Assembly (NCBI GenBank): GCA_963777155.1
Contig: CAVZPM010000001.1
Coordinates: 96,001-160,000, forward strand
DNA length: 64,000 nucleotides
Direction: 5' to 3'
Origin: Candidatus Bathyarchaeota archaeon
Lineage (GTDB): Archaea > Thermoproteota > Bathyarchaeia > Bathyarchaeales > Bathycorpusculaceae
Shown: piece by piece, positions 28,371-38,557 of the stretch
How the letters are laid out: each line of letters opens with the position of its first letter
Numbering within the stretch: the first letter of the stretch is position 1
Program-made: the position numbers and the translations under genes
Notes under the pieces: model-generated
What the model was told of the DNA's origin: nothing
Seen by the model: only the letters and a program-made list of their open reading frames with translations
Databases searched by the model: none

Positions 28371-30479
28371 TTACTGTTTTACTTTATCTGATTTAAACTT
28401 AGCCAACTTTAGCAGCGCCGAGTTGCTCACGACAGTTAAGCTGCTTATCGCCATAGCACCCGCCGCATACATAGGGTTTAGAAGGCCTGAGGCAGCTATG
28501 GGAATCATGACAACATTGTAGGCGAAAGCCCAGAAAAGGTTGCTATTGATTTTCTGCATAGTCTTCCTGCTAAGTTCCACTCCTAATGCTACATCACGCA
28601 AATCATCTCTGATAAGAACTATGCCGCCTGTTTCTTTTGCAATGTCTGTCCCACTACCAATGGCTATTCCTATGTCAGCTTGTGCCAATGCTGGAGCATC
28701 GTTTATTCCGTCTCCAACCATCGCAACAACTTTACCCTCTCCCTGCAGCTTTTTGATTTCGTCTGCTTTCTGCCAAGGCAAAACATTAGCTATAACTTTA
28801 GTTATACCTAGTTGTTGCGCAATAGCTCTGGCTGTACGCTCGTTGTCTCCTGTGAGCATTGCTACTTCCAAGTGCAGATTTTTTAGTTCAGATATGGCTT
28901 GGGCAGAATTTTCTTTTAGCGTATCCATGGCAGCAATCAACCCTGCAACAACGCCATCCACAGCAAGAACCATGACGGTTTTACCCTCGGATTCCAACGT
29001 CAATTGATCAGCTTCCACATCATCTGTCGGCACATTTAGTTCCTGCATCAATTTACGGTTACCTAAGAGCACTTTTTTGTTTTCCACAATGCACTTTACG
29101 CCTCTGCCGGGTAATGCCTCAAATCCATCAGCTGGCGGAAGGGATATGTTTAGGGTTTGCGCCTTTGTGAGTACTGCCTCTGCTAAAGGGTGCTCAGAAC
29201 CCTTTTCGGCTGCACCAGCATACTTGAGTAAGTCTCTTTCATTGTAGCTGTTGTAGGTTCTGGTGTCAGTTACGCTTGGTTCTCCTTTGGTTAAGGTACC
29301 GGTTTTGTCGAAGATGACAATGCTGAGTTTTCGGGCTTTTTCGACATATTCGCCGCTTCGAAGTAATACTCCATATTCAGCGCCTTTTCCGACACCTGCT
29401 AATATTGCTGTCGGAGTTGCAATTCCAAGGGCGCATGGACAGGAGATTAAAACGACAGCCAGCAAAGCCAGAAATGCCTTGGTGAAATCTCCTGTTACAA
29501 TAAACCAATAACTAAACGATACCACTGCAACACTGAATATTATAGGGACAAACCATTTTACGACGCGATCCGCAAACTTTTGTACAGGAGCGCTTGATGC
29601 TTGGGCTTCTTCGACTAGATGAACGATTTGTGAAAGAGCGGTTTCGCTGCTGAGTTTGGTCGCTTTAAAGGTTAACAGTCCTGTTTTATTGATTGTTGCC
29701 CCAACAACTTGACTACCGACAGTTTTCTCGACGGGGATGCTTTCGCCTGTTATGAGTTTCTCATCAACAGAAGAATACCCCTCAGTTACTGTCCCATCGA
29801 TGGGAATTTTTTCACCTGGCTTAACAATTATTGTGTCGCCGACTTGCACTTCGTCGATGGGTACATCGGTTTCTTTTCCATCTTTCACGACGCGCGCCAT
29901 AGTTGGTTGAAGCTCCAATAGCTTGCGTATTGAAGCAGCTGAGCGGCGTCGGATTAACTCTTCAATGTAACGCCCAAGAAGGACAAATGCTAAGATGCCG
30001 ATGGCTACTTCCATATAGCCTGTGCCTGCTTGAACGTAGGAAGAGAAAAACACAGTTATTACCCCATAAATCCAGCCTGCTAGAACTCCAACTGTCACCA
30101 AAACATCCATGTTTACGTTGCGATTACGGAGCGATTGGAATGCGCCTTTGTATATTCTGTAGCCCGCGACCCAAACTATGGGAGTCGATACAAGGAATAT
30201 AATTACGTCGTAGACTTGAAATCCTCCTGCAACTTCAAAATACATTATGGTTGCGATTAATCCGAATAGTGTTAGCACCTTGAGTCCAAGGGCTGCTACT
30301 GCTCCTGCTAATGTGAAGGCTACTCGGCGTTGCATGGCTTTGAGTTCTCGTTCGGGTGCAGTGTAAACATCCAAACATTGTTGGCTACAAAAGTAATATG
30401 TTCGGTCACCTATTTTCGCGGACAATGCTGTTTCGGTATCTACATCCATGCCACAGACTGGGTCTCGTACGATAGTCAT
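28371..30479 (-). CDS. copA: Copper-translocating P1B-type ATPase with N-terminal YHS domain
   Basis: [32 protein letters not shown] and AMAISS motifs. Confidence 0.93.
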   Translation of the reverse strand: MTIVRDPVCGMDVDTETALSAKIGDRTYYFCSQQCLDVYTAPERELKAMQRRVAFTLAGAVAALGLKVLTLFGLIATIMYFEVAGGFQVYDVIIFLVSTPIVWVAGYRIYKGAFQSLRNRNVNMDVLVTVGVLAGWIYGVITVFFSSYVQAGTGYMEVAIGILAFVLLGRYIEELIRRRSAASIRKLLELQPTMARVVKDGKETDVPIDEVQVGDTIIVKPGEKIPIDGTVTEGYSSVDEKLITGESIPVEKTVGSQVVGATINKTGLLTFKATKLSSETALSQIVHLVEEAQASSAPVQKFADRVVKWFVPIIFSVAVVSFSYWFIVTGDFTKAFLALLAVVLISCPCALGIATPTAILAGVGKGAEYGVLLRSGEYVEKARKLSIVIFDKTGTLTKGEPSVTDTRTYNSYNERDLLKYAGAAEKGSEHPLAEAVLTKAQTLNISLPPADGFEALPGRGVKCIVENKKVLLGNRKLMQELNVPTDDVEADQLTLESEGKTVMVLAVDGVVAGLIAAMDTLKENSAQAISELKNLHLEVAMLTGDNERTARAIAQQLGITKVIANVLPWQKADEIKKLQGEGKVVAMVGDGINDAPALAQADIGIAIGSGTDIAKETGGIVLIRDDLRDVALGVELSRKTMQKINSNLFWAFAYNVVMIPIAASGLLNPMYAAGAMAISSLTVVSNSALLKLAKFKSDKVKQ

Positions 30480-30551
30480 TTTGTTTTCTCCTTTGTTACA
30501 CTTTGTTGTTTTATGGATATAAATGTGTCTGATGAAGATATATCTTCTACA

Positions 30552-31292
30552 TCAATCAAAGCCATATCCCCCCAACAAAATAGCAAAGACTACAGCCCCA
30601 ATAGCTATGAAATAAAGAACCCACGCAACCAAACAAAATCGCCTTGACTCAACCTTCCCTGTACCTTGTAAAATCCAAAAAATTAAAACCGTAAACAACA
30701 GCCAAAATGCCCCTAATAGCCACCCCCCAATTACATCGCTTACCCAGTGGACCCCCAAATAAAGTCTATCAAAACCCACAATTCCAGCCACAGTACTAAA
30801 TCCCAAAGCTATTAGACCTCTATAGCTCAAGCTTTGCCAGTGTCGCCAAGCAAAATAGGCAAGCAATCCACCAAACACGATGCAAGCTGCACTGTGACCG
30901 CTTGGAAAAGAAAACCCGGAAAAAGCAACTATGGCGTTGGTTGGTCTTGCTACGTGGGCCATTGTTTTCACCAACGAAACAAGTAGGGCATCTCCACCAA
31001 TCGCACTTAGAAGCAGTAGACCAAGTGTCTTGTGATTCTTTAAGAAAAGGATTCCTGATATTGCTAAAGATATTATTGCTAAGATAATTGTGTCAAAGAC
31101 AACTGATATTCCCTTGGTGACTGTTGTCATTAAGGTTGTCTGGATTGATGGAATCCAAGCGTTAACTGATACATCGACCGAATGGAGACTGGTCCTAAAG
31201 AAAATTACTGCCAGGAATGCAAAAAGAAACACTAAACATGCAGTCGATAGCAGGCGTATACTTGGGGCTAATTTGCTATTTGTGTTTTCCAC
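30552..31292 (-). CDS. PAP2-family phosphatase
   Basis: K....RP, SFPSGH and RLYLGVHW.SDV motifs. Confidence 0.9.
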   Translation of the reverse strand: MENTNSKLAPSIRLLSTACLVFLFAFLAVIFFRTSLHSVDVSVNAWIPSIQTTLMTTVTKGISVVFDTIILAIISLAISGILFLKNHKTLGLLLLSAIGGDALLVSLVKTMAHVARPTNAIVAFSGFSFPSGHSAACIVFGGLLAYFAWRHWQSLSYRGLIALGFSTVAGIVGFDRLYLGVHWVSDVIGGWLLGAFWLLFTVLIFWILQGTGKVESRRFCLVAWVLYFIAIGAVVFAILLGGYGFD

Positions 31293-31367
31293 TTGTTTTC
31301 CTTCATCGACTGCTTAAATCAGTAGCTATGAGAATGCTATAGGAATAAGGTGCCCTGTTGTAACTTA

Positions 31368-31643
31368 TTATTCTATTCTTTTTATGATGTGATACCCAAA
31401 TTTTGTCTTAATTGGGGCAGAAGTTTGACCTTTCTCAAGTTCAAAAGCTGCTTTCTCAAATTCCTTAACCATCTTACCCCTTGTGAAGGTGCCGAGATCT
31501 CCGCCTTTCTTCCCTGAGGGACAGAGAGAAACCTGCTGGGCTACAGCGCCAAATTTCTCGCCTTTATCTAGTCGGGCTTTGGCGTTGTTTGCTTCGGTTT
31601 GTGTTTTAACTAGTATATGGCAACAATGAACTTTGTCTGGCAT
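31368..31643 (-). CDS. ppiC: Parvulin-type peptidyl-prolyl isomerase
   Basis: HILV, SLCPSGKKGGDLG, MVKEFE and FGYHII. Confidence 0.93.
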   Translation of the reverse strand: MPDKVHCCHILVKTQTEANNAKARLDKGEKFGAVAQQVSLCPSGKKGGDLGTFTRGKMVKEFEKAAFELEKGQTSAPIKTKFGYHIIKRIE

Positions 31644-31912
31644 AACAAGGATAGAGACGTTTTTAGCATATATCTTTTGCTTGCAGGTTTGTATGTTTTG
31701 GGGATGTTTTTGTATACGCTGGAAAATGCAAATATTCACTGAAAACCGTAGATTAGATAGATTTGGCTACATCTTTACATGCTTGGATGATGTCAAATTA
31801 ATGTAAATTTACATAAAAGTGTTAAAATATCAGTTTTTTATTTTGCGTCGCTTCGAACTTCGAAGTACCGGATAGAGATATTGTTATAACAAAAGTATTC
31901 AATAGCATAGCT

Positions 31913-32023
31913 ATGCAATCAGAAAAAATACCTGCAAAAATAGATGAAGAACAAATCCTCGACGAGGAAACTGCAAGACAACTCGCCAGAGTAGTTGAAT
32001 TCCTTCTAAACATCGAAGATTAA
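31913..32023 (+). CDS. 36-aa acidic small protein (missing from the ORF track)
   Basis: MQSEKIPAKIDEEQILDEETARQLARVVEFLLNIED; a TTATAA box lies about 25 nt upstream. Confidence 0.4.
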   Translation: MQSEKIPAKIDEEQILDEETARQLARVVEFLLNIED

Positions 32024-32160
32024 CAATAATCCTTTCTAATTTTGAGGTCCTACAGTACCCCAAAGGGACCTGGGCATTTTTTAATCTGAAAAAATGTTTG
32101 ACTAATAAAAGGGAAAACCCTCTCAACTTTCTATTGAGAGATTGCTGAGAAACTTTTAGT

Positions 32161-32340
32161 TTACTCGATTACCTGAATTGCACCTTCAGGACATTGTGCT
32201 TCACATGCTCTGCAAACTAAGCATTCGCTTGATTTGCTGGGCACGGACTTGCCTTCTTTGATTTCGTAGACGCCTACAGGGCAAGTGTTGACACAAGTTT
32301 CGCATCCAGTGCACTTAGGATCGACAACAATTTTTACCAT
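32161..32340 (-). CDS. 2[4Fe-4S] ferredoxin, 59 aa (missing from the ORF track)
   Basis: MVKIVVDPKCTGCETCVNTCPVGVYEIKEGKSVPSKSSECLVCRACEAQCPEGAIQVIE; GAGGT RBS. Confidence 0.95.
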   Translation of the reverse strand: MVKIVVDPKCTGCETCVNTCPVGVYEIKEGKSVPSKSSECLVCRACEAQCPEGAIQVIE

Positions 32341-32405
32341 TTTTGTCTACCTCTGGGTTATTTTATCTCAAAAGCTGATGGGTAAAATAAAAGGGTTTAG
32401 GTGTT

Positions 32406-34220
32406 TTACCGTATTTTTTCACGTAACCTCAGTAGGATTCCATTGATAGCTGATTCAGCTTTGTCTCTTTGTTTCTGGTAGTCTCCGATGTCTCTCTTAT
32501 ATGCCTCGATTGAAATTTCACCCGTGCTTTGGCGTGTATCCAAGCGCTTTATGTTTTCTTCTGCTTCAGACAAGTCTGCTTCCGCCAAGTTAAGTTGCTT
32601 AACCAAGTCTGCGTAGATTCCCGTTGTACCCTTAAGTTTTTCTTTTGTCCTCACTATGCTTCTATCTATCCCTTCTAGGCGTGTTTCAACAGCGCTTCTT
32701 TGGACTTTATACTGACGCCTTGGGATTTTTCCTTTCTGTGCCTTTGCGTCCATCGATTTTAGTTCAGCATTTAACTGTTTTTTATCTTCGTAGGCGTCTA
32801 TGAATTCTTTTATGGTTTCAGTAGTCACAGCTCGTCCAACTTTGATTCCGACAGCTTTTTGTTGTGTTGGTGGCATTGACTCTTGCTCTTTAATGGATAA
32901 GCGTTCGGTTTTTTCTGCGTAGGTTTCCTCTTTAGGTTTTCGTCTTCTAATAAAAAACACTGTTATGCAGGCAATCATTGCGAGCAAAGAAGCCCAAAAA
33001 GTCGGTCGCAATGATACCCATATTGGATTGTAGTTGTAGGCTATTTGGATAGTGTTCTGTTGGGATGCAAGATAATCTACATAGCTCAAACCTTCTTTGG
33101 TTAGAGTTAAAGTGTCTTGGTAGGTGTTTCTTGTCAAAGTTGATGAGGAATCCAAAGAAGCTGCCTGGGGGGTAACGATGGTTGCCCCTTCAGGCGGCGT
33201 GAAGGTTATAGTTGCTTGGTTGACGAAGTACGTAGTCTGTGGAAAAACCTTGAAATCTGAAAGCACATAGTTGGCGCCTTGAATGGTTGCGCTGGGCAAA
33301 TTGTATTGTGCCACCAAGACTGTTGATTGCCCGCTCGCTAGAAATGTCTCTAAAGTTGCGTTAGCTAACTTTATGTTACCGCTTGTTGAGGTGACTACGT
33401 TGGCGATTTGGGTACCAAACTGGTCATTTACGATTATGTTTGTTGCTTCAAGTGGTAACGTTAAAACGAATGCACTTAGAAGGGAGGTGGAATTATTGGT
33501 TAATCGGTAGCTGTCGGATGCAGTCACTTTACCTGTCGGATCGATAGTTATTTCTCGATTTAGGCTATTTATCGTGGTTAGTTTTAGGGTTCCAGCTGGA
33601 ACTTGAAAGGTTGCTGTTGCCAAAGCATTTGTGTAAGCTGGCAGGTTTGTTTTTGTGTATGTATAGTCATTAACGTTTCCGTCATCTTTGGCAACCGTTA
33701 TGCTTGTGGGCGTACCCGGGAAAATGATAGAGACGTCGCAGGTGCCAACATTCTGCGCCAAACTTGGGTAGGCTGGAAAATCAAGTTTGTAGCCGCTGGT
33801 GCCCAGCTCAGTTATGAGTTGATTGGACAAGACAAAGGCAACTGTGAAGACACTAGGCGAGTTGCCGTTGAAATCAACTGTTGCTCCATAGAATCCGCTT
33901 TGGTCGCCCAGCTGAACACCTAGATTCAACTGGTAAATATGAGTGTCATCGTATGCAATACCCTTCTGGACAGAAGCGCTGTACTTGTAGGGTAGTCCAA
34001 TCATGAAGCCGTCAGACACTTGACCGGAAACATGGATTGTTTCCAAGATAACTACGTGACCAGAATACATGATTTGCACTTGGTGGTCCACTTTATCGAT
34101 ACTGTAGCTGCTATTTTGGGCAGAAACAGTGCCATATGGTAAAAGAACTGGCAGGATAACGAGTAACGAGAAAGACACGATTAGGAGGGTTGCAGTTGTT
34201 CGTTTCACTGAATTCACCAA
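32406..34220 (-). CDS. Ribophorin-I-like single-pass membrane protein
   Basis: Signal peptide, two repeated beta-rich extracellular domains (IDKVDHQVQI / INSLNREITI), one TM helix followed by RRRK, and a helical coiled-coil C-terminus. Confidence 0.55.
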   Translation of the reverse strand: MVNSVKRTTATLLIVSFSLLVILPVLLPYGTVSAQNSSYSIDKVDHQVQIMYSGHVVILETIHVSGQVSDGFMIGLPYKYSASVQKGIAYDDTHIYQLNLGVQLGDQSGFYGATVDFNGNSPSVFTVAFVLSNQLITELGTSGYKLDFPAYPSLAQNVGTCDVSIIFPGTPTSITVAKDDGNVNDYTYTKTNLPAYTNALATATFQVPAGTLKLTTINSLNREITIDPTGKVTASDSYRLTNNSTSLLSAFVLTLPLEATNIIVNDQFGTQIANVVTSTSGNIKLANATLETFLASGQSTVLVAQYNLPSATIQGANYVLSDFKVFPQTTYFVNQATITFTPPEGATIVTPQAASLDSSSTLTRNTYQDTLTLTKEGLSYVDYLASQQNTIQIAYNYNPIWVSLRPTFWASLLAMIACITVFFIRRRKPKEETYAEKTERLSIKEQESMPPTQQKAVGIKVGRAVTTETIKEFIDAYEDKKQLNAELKSMDAKAQKGKIPRRQYKVQRSAVETRLEGIDRSIVRTKEKLKGTTGIYADLVKQLNLAEADLSEAEENIKRLDTRQSTGEISIEAYKRDIGDYQKQRDKAESAINGILLRLREKIR

Positions 34221-34391
34221 GCGTGAAGTTTCTTTAATGTTAGATCAGCCTGTTTATTTACTTTTACAGTAAACAGCGCTGTATTTAGGGCTTAAGACAA
34301 ACTAATTTTCTTCCCAAAACTTGGTGTAAAAAAGTCTCCTGTCCACTTATTTAAATGATCAATTCCAGGTTGAAAAACTAAAATTATTTGT

Positions 34392-34470
34392 TGGTAGCGG
34401 GGAGTAGATTTGAACTACTGATCTCTGGGTTATGAGCCCAGCGGGTTAATCCTGGCTACCCCACCCCGCT
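34392..34470 (-). tRNA. Initiator tRNA-Met(CAT), CCA encoded
   Basis: AGCGGGG/CCCCGCT acceptor stem with A1-U72; CTGGG-CT-CAT-AA-CCCAG anticodon arm with three G-C pairs. Confidence 0.96.
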
Positions 34471-34578
34471 ACGGGGTTTGGCGATATTTTGGGATTGCAT
34501 CCTATTAGTTGAGGTGTCAAATATTAATAGTTTCTTTTCCCTTTTCACAAAAGGATTTTAGTATCGAACATTCTCTCT

Positions 34579-35265
34579 ATGGACGGATGGTTTGCTTTGG
34601 ATAAGCCTTACTTACGTAAACTCTCGGATCCACCGCTTGAAAACCCAATCTTCGTTCAGGGGCTTCCAGGCTTCGGAAACGTCGGTAGGATTGCCGCTCA
34701 CTTGCTCATAAAGTTCTTTGACGCCAAACCCTTTGCCGAGTTGTATTCTCCGACTTTTCCAGACTACATCGCCATAAACCCCAAAGGCATATGCCAACTG
34801 CCGCGTTACGAGTTCTTCTATGCACCGATGGAAAAGAATAACCTGATTATCATGACTGGTGAAATTCAACCCTCTTTTGACGATGTAGTCGCGCACTACA
34901 CGGTTTGTGATTCTGTGTTGGATTTCGTTGAAACCTTGGGCTGCAAATTTATTGTAACTATGGGTGGTGTACCTATAACCGAGGATAAGACTCAGGTTTA
35001 CATTGCCGCCACTTCACCGCGATTGGCAACAGAGTTCATGGAGAAAGGCGCGGTTATCTATAGTAAAGGCAGAATCGTTGGCGGAACAGGGCTCACACTC
35101 GCGTTGGCGAAGGAAAGAAAGATCGACGGAATCAGTTTACTTGGTACAACCATGGGTTTTAAGGCTGATAAGGGCGCTGGATTCTTGGTTTTCAAGTTTT
35201 TGATGAAGGCATTAGGAAAAGAGATAAAAGAAGGTTTAGTAGAAAACAATGCACCTGAAGAGTAG
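34579..35265 (+). CDS. PAC2-family proteasome assembly chaperone
   Basis: GLPGFGNVGRIA, LYSP.FP, TMGG and G.IVGGTG. Confidence 0.88.
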   Translation: MDGWFALDKPYLRKLSDPPLENPIFVQGLPGFGNVGRIAAHLLIKFFDAKPFAELYSPTFPDYIAINPKGICQLPRYEFFYAPMEKNNLIIMTGEIQPSFDDVVAHYTVCDSVLDFVETLGCKFIVTMGGVPITEDKTQVYIAATSPRLATEFMEKGAVIYSKGRIVGGTGLTLALAKERKIDGISLLGTTMGFKADKGAGFLVFKFLMKALGKEIKEGLVENNAPEE

Positions 35266-35270
35266 GAAAG

Positions 35271-35513
35271 ATGGCGACAATGACTGAAGATAATGAGAAT
35301 ATACAAGTTAGTGGTTTAGATTCAAAATTCATGAAAGTAGCAATGACTGTTGTCGCGGTGTTCTTGATGTTTATTGGTCCAACCTACATTCCGTTCTTGC
35401 TGTCGGATGTCCTTAAGGCCGATTACATTGCTTCAATAGGAATTGGAGCTGTCTTGTTCGTACTTGGGTTTGTTGTACTGATTTACTTAATCAGGAAGAA
35501 AGTAATCCAGTAA
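35271..35513 (+). CDS. Small two-TM membrane protein
   Basis: Two hydrophobic segments; follows PAC2 directly. Confidence 0.6.
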   Translation: MATMTEDNENIQVSGLDSKFMKVAMTVVAVFLMFIGPTYIPFLLSDVLKADYIASIGIGAVLFVLGFVVLIYLIRKKVIQ

Positions 35514-35670
35514 GGTTTGCCTCAGATACCCTAGGGTGCATCATCAAATCAGCTAATTAGGTTCTTCATCGGCACCCATAAGGACTTAACCCATTTTATT
35601 AAGCATTCTTTAGTTTCTAACAGAATCTTTCTGCGTTGATTTTTATATCCCGTTTGCTAAAGGGATAGCT

Positions 35671-35889
35671 ATGAAAAATTCCGAATGCACAATCTACATA
35701 ATGTTCAAGGACAGGTGGCTGCAGAAATTTAGAAAAGAAACAGACGGATGGAAAATGACCAGTCGAAACGGAACCGTTCGCCCTTGCACGGCAGAACAAT
35801 TCATTTCCCATCTTCTTCCGCCTTTAGCTGGAATAAAAGGACCAAACGTCACCGTCAAAGTGGAAGCCCACGCCCAAATCCAAGTTTAG
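35671..35889 (+). CDS. Hypothetical protein
   Basis: 72-aa ORF with natural composition that fills the gap. Confidence 0.55.
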   Translation: MKNSECTIYIMFKDRWLQKFRKETDGWKMTSRNGTVRPCTAEQFISHLLPPLAGIKGPNVTVKVEAHAQIQV

Positions 35890-36374
35890 CGGTGTAGTTC
35901 TTTAATCAAAGCTTTTGCTTCCGGTGTTAGCTTGGGTTTGGTGCTGCGGCTAATAACCAAAAATAAAGACCCGATAAGAATCAGCGCTGCCCCAAAGAAT
36001 GCTACGCTTTCCTTTGGCAAAAACCCATAAGAGAGACCAAAGGTTATGAAAATCATTGCAACCCCCATAACAACCATTATCCAGTTGTTCATGGCGGCGG
36101 TTGACTGAAGAGCAAACTCTTTCTTTCCCGTGTCAGTTACAAGAAAATAACCCTGTTTCTCCTCAATCATTCCTGCGTTCATCAGGTAGTTCCAGTCATA
36201 GTGGAAATGCCCATCGGACTTGTAGCCCAACGCGGAGCTGATGTTGGATTTTACGCCTGGCTCAGCTTTGATTTTGCTGCTTGGGGCAGAATAGATAAAG
36301 TAAAGCAGTTTTGTCCTTGGCGACTGCAGGTCTGCGTTTATTCCACGGGACTTCGTCAAATTCAACCCTTGCAT
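35886..36374 (-). CDS. wHTH-like domain plus two C-terminal TM helices
   Basis: YLMNAGMIEEKQGYFLVTDTGK wing motif, then two hydrophobic helices. Confidence 0.6.
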   Translation of the reverse strand: MQGLNLTKSRGINADLQSPRTKLLYFIYSAPSSKIKAEPGVKSNISSALGYKSDGHFHYDWNYLMNAGMIEEKQGYFLVTDTGKKEFALQSTAAMNNWIMVVMGVAMIFITFGLSYGFLPKESVAFFGAALILIGSLFLVISRSTKPKLTPEAKALIKELHR

Positions 36375-36452
36375 CTGATATTAGGGCGGTTAACATAAAA
36401 GCTTCGCCCTGCGTTTTTCATAGTTTTCGGCTAAAAAAGGCGTTTGCTTATG

Positions 36453-36469
36453 ACTCTAACCCTTAGAGT
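36453..36469. promoter_or_regulatory. 7-3-7 inverted repeat, candidate operator
   Basis: ACTCTAA-CCC-TTAGAGT with an extra CTCTAA half-site, between divergent genes. Confidence 0.4.
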
Positions 36470-36582
36470 TGCCGCTCTAAGTCTTTGAACTGCCTTGGAG
36501 GTTTTCTTCGAAATGTTAGGGCTATATCCCGAATCCGCCTTGTATGCAAATCAGGAAAATCAAAAAACATGGAGGAAAAAAA

Positions 36583-37257
36583 ATGAACGTAAACTTTCAA
36601 TATAGCAAAACTTTGGCAATAGAAGGCTCAGTCCTTCTTCTACTTGGCTTAATTCCAACAGTGGGTTGGGTACTAGGCATAGTCGGCATAGTCCTACTCT
36701 TTAGGGCAACAAAAGAACTATCATACTACTACCAAGATGAAAACATCCACCAGAACGCGTGGACTGGCCTCAAATACTACATCGTTGCATTAATCGCGGC
36801 AGCAGTAGCCATAGGTGTAGGCGTCGTTAGCTTCGCAACCACAGGGCTATTTGCAGGCGAGCCATTTGCATTCACAGCAGGCATCGTGGGCGGCATTGTT
36901 GCAATCCTTGCAGGGCTAGTAATCGCATTCGTATTCTACATACTTGCAGCAGTACATCTAAGAAAAGCATATGAGACGCTGGCACAGAAAACAGGCGAAT
37001 CATCCTTTACCACCGCAGGTACACTGCTCTTGATCGGTGCCATATTAACAATAGTCGGTGTCGGATTGGCGCTGATATTTGTCTCATGGATATTCGTCAT
37101 AATCGGCTTCTCCACAATGAAGCCCAAAGAGTATCAACCCTACAATGGACAAACAAACGGCTACGGATACACTGCTCCGCCAACACAGCCAGAGCAACCA
37201 AAGAGCATGGCAACCGACCCAAACAATTATAGCCAATCAGTAACGATAGCAAAGTGA
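36583..37257 (+). CDS. DUF996-family membrane protein
   Basis: SKTLAIEGSVL...LA.KTGE..F.TAG.LL.IGAIL pattern; Pro/Gln tail; GGAGG RBS. Confidence 0.8.
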   Translation: MNVNFQYSKTLAIEGSVLLLLGLIPTVGWVLGIVGIVLLFRATKELSYYYQDENIHQNAWTGLKYYIVALIAAAVAIGVGVVSFATTGLFAGEPFAFTAGIVGGIVAILAGLVIAFVFYILAAVHLRKAYETLAQKTGESSFTTAGTLLLIGAILTIVGVGLALIFVSWIFVIIGFSTMKPKEYQPYNGQTNGYGYTAPPTQPEQPKSMATDPNNYSQSVTIAK

Positions 37258-37826
37258 GGGATTTGATGACTGAGCAAACTGAAGTCGAAAGCTCTCAATG
37301 GGGCAAGTTCTTAAGAAAGCATTGGCCGGCGTTTGCTGCTTTTATAGCGGCCGCCATTTTGGCCGTTGCAGGTGCAGTCTACATCTTTGTCTGGTTCACA
37401 GCAGACGCTCAATCGACAGGTTTAGTCCCGGCAGCTCTTGGTATGTGGACAATGGGAAACGTAATAGCCTTTATCCTGCATGCCATCTTTTGGGAGCTTG
37501 TACTAATTGGAATTCCTGTAGCTATAGGTGCAGTCGCGGCTTGGCAGTGGTGGAAAAGAATACCTGAAGAAGAAAAGAAAAATCTTCATCGGAAACAATC
37601 ACGATCTCGCGATGCAGGAGGAGCAATCTCGCCATTGCTGTTCATCGCCTTCGCACTCAAAGTCTATGTTGACGGAAACTGGAATGTTGCAATCTCCACT
37701 TACAAATTAGACTATGTCGTGGGTTCAATGGTGACAATACTGCTATGGATAGTTGCCATCTTTGCAATTCCTGCAACAATAGGGCTCATCTGGTGGATAC
37801 ACCACGAGATGAATAAGAAACCCTAA
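37254..37826 (+). CDS. Membrane protein of unknown function
   Basis: About four TM helices; overlaps the DUF996 stop. Confidence 0.65.
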   Translation: MRDLMTEQTEVESSQWGKFLRKHWPAFAAFIAAAILAVAGAVYIFVWFTADAQSTGLVPAALGMWTMGNVIAFILHAIFWELVLIGIPVAIGAVAAWQWWKRIPEEEKKNLHRKQSRSRDAGGAISPLLFIAFALKVYVDGNWNVAISTYKLDYVVGSMVTILLWIVAIFAIPATIGLIWWIHHEMNKKP

Positions 37827-37954
37827 ACTCTCCTTTTTTTATTAACGCTTTGATCATTCTTGCCGCGCTTTCTATGGAAAACAAGGAACCTTGAGTTTGA
37901 ATATGCTTACTGAATACATAAGACATATTACATATTACGTGAAGAATAACCTCT

Positions 37955-38557
37955 ATGCCTGACAGTAAACGAAGCAGCTCCGAGGCGCCAAGAGAGAAAA
38001 ACGAAGAAGCAAAAAGAACAACTATTATCCTAGAGAAGAACGAACGTGAATTCATCGAGTCACTCATCAGGGAAGGCAAAGAACCCGGCATAAAACCGTT
38101 AATCTCAAAAATGCTCGACATCTACAAGAACATGATGATTTACGACTGGCATTTCCCCGGAGAATACTATTGCGGAATAAGCCGAACGGCCTTCGTAAAC
38201 GTCGAACTACTCAATATACTAACCCAGCAGATACCCAAAGAAAAATGGTCCTTTGTAGGCGAAAAGATGGGTGATGCTCTAAAAGTGTCCATACAGTCAA
38301 CGCTGGGAATCGATGCAAGCAAACAGGAGAATTGGGCGGCTGTCTTTAATCGGTTAAAAATCCAGGGCTTTGGTGACCTCTACCTCAAAGACAAATTCTT
38401 GCTACTGAAATCACCCTTCATTCATGATTGCGAGATTTGGAAAGGTATGATGGAGGGTTTGCTAAGTGTGGAGTTGGAGACGCGGAACTCGGTGCCTCCA
38501 ATGGTTTTTGAGATAAAAAAAGCACAAACCAAACCTCATTTAGAATCCGACAGTTAA
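37955..38557 (+). CDS. RHH-like DNA-binding domain plus V4R-like domain
   Basis: KRTTIIL...; C-terminal G...G...W......L..QGFG pattern. Confidence 0.55.
   Translation: MPDSKRSSSEAPREKNEEAKRTTIILEKNEREFIESLIREGKEPGIKPLISKMLDIYKNMMIYDWHFPGEYYCGISRTAFVNVELLNILTQQIPKEKWSFVGEKMGDALKVSIQSTLGIDASKQENWAAVFNRLKIQGFGDLYLKDKFLLLKSPFIHDCEIWKGMMEGLLSVELETRNSVPPMVFEIKKAQTKPHLESDS

Noticed and set aside
11553-34470. The region between the two tRNAs as an integrated mobile island
   Set aside because: No integrase, no flanking direct repeats and no obvious compositional shift; the content looks like resident stress genes.
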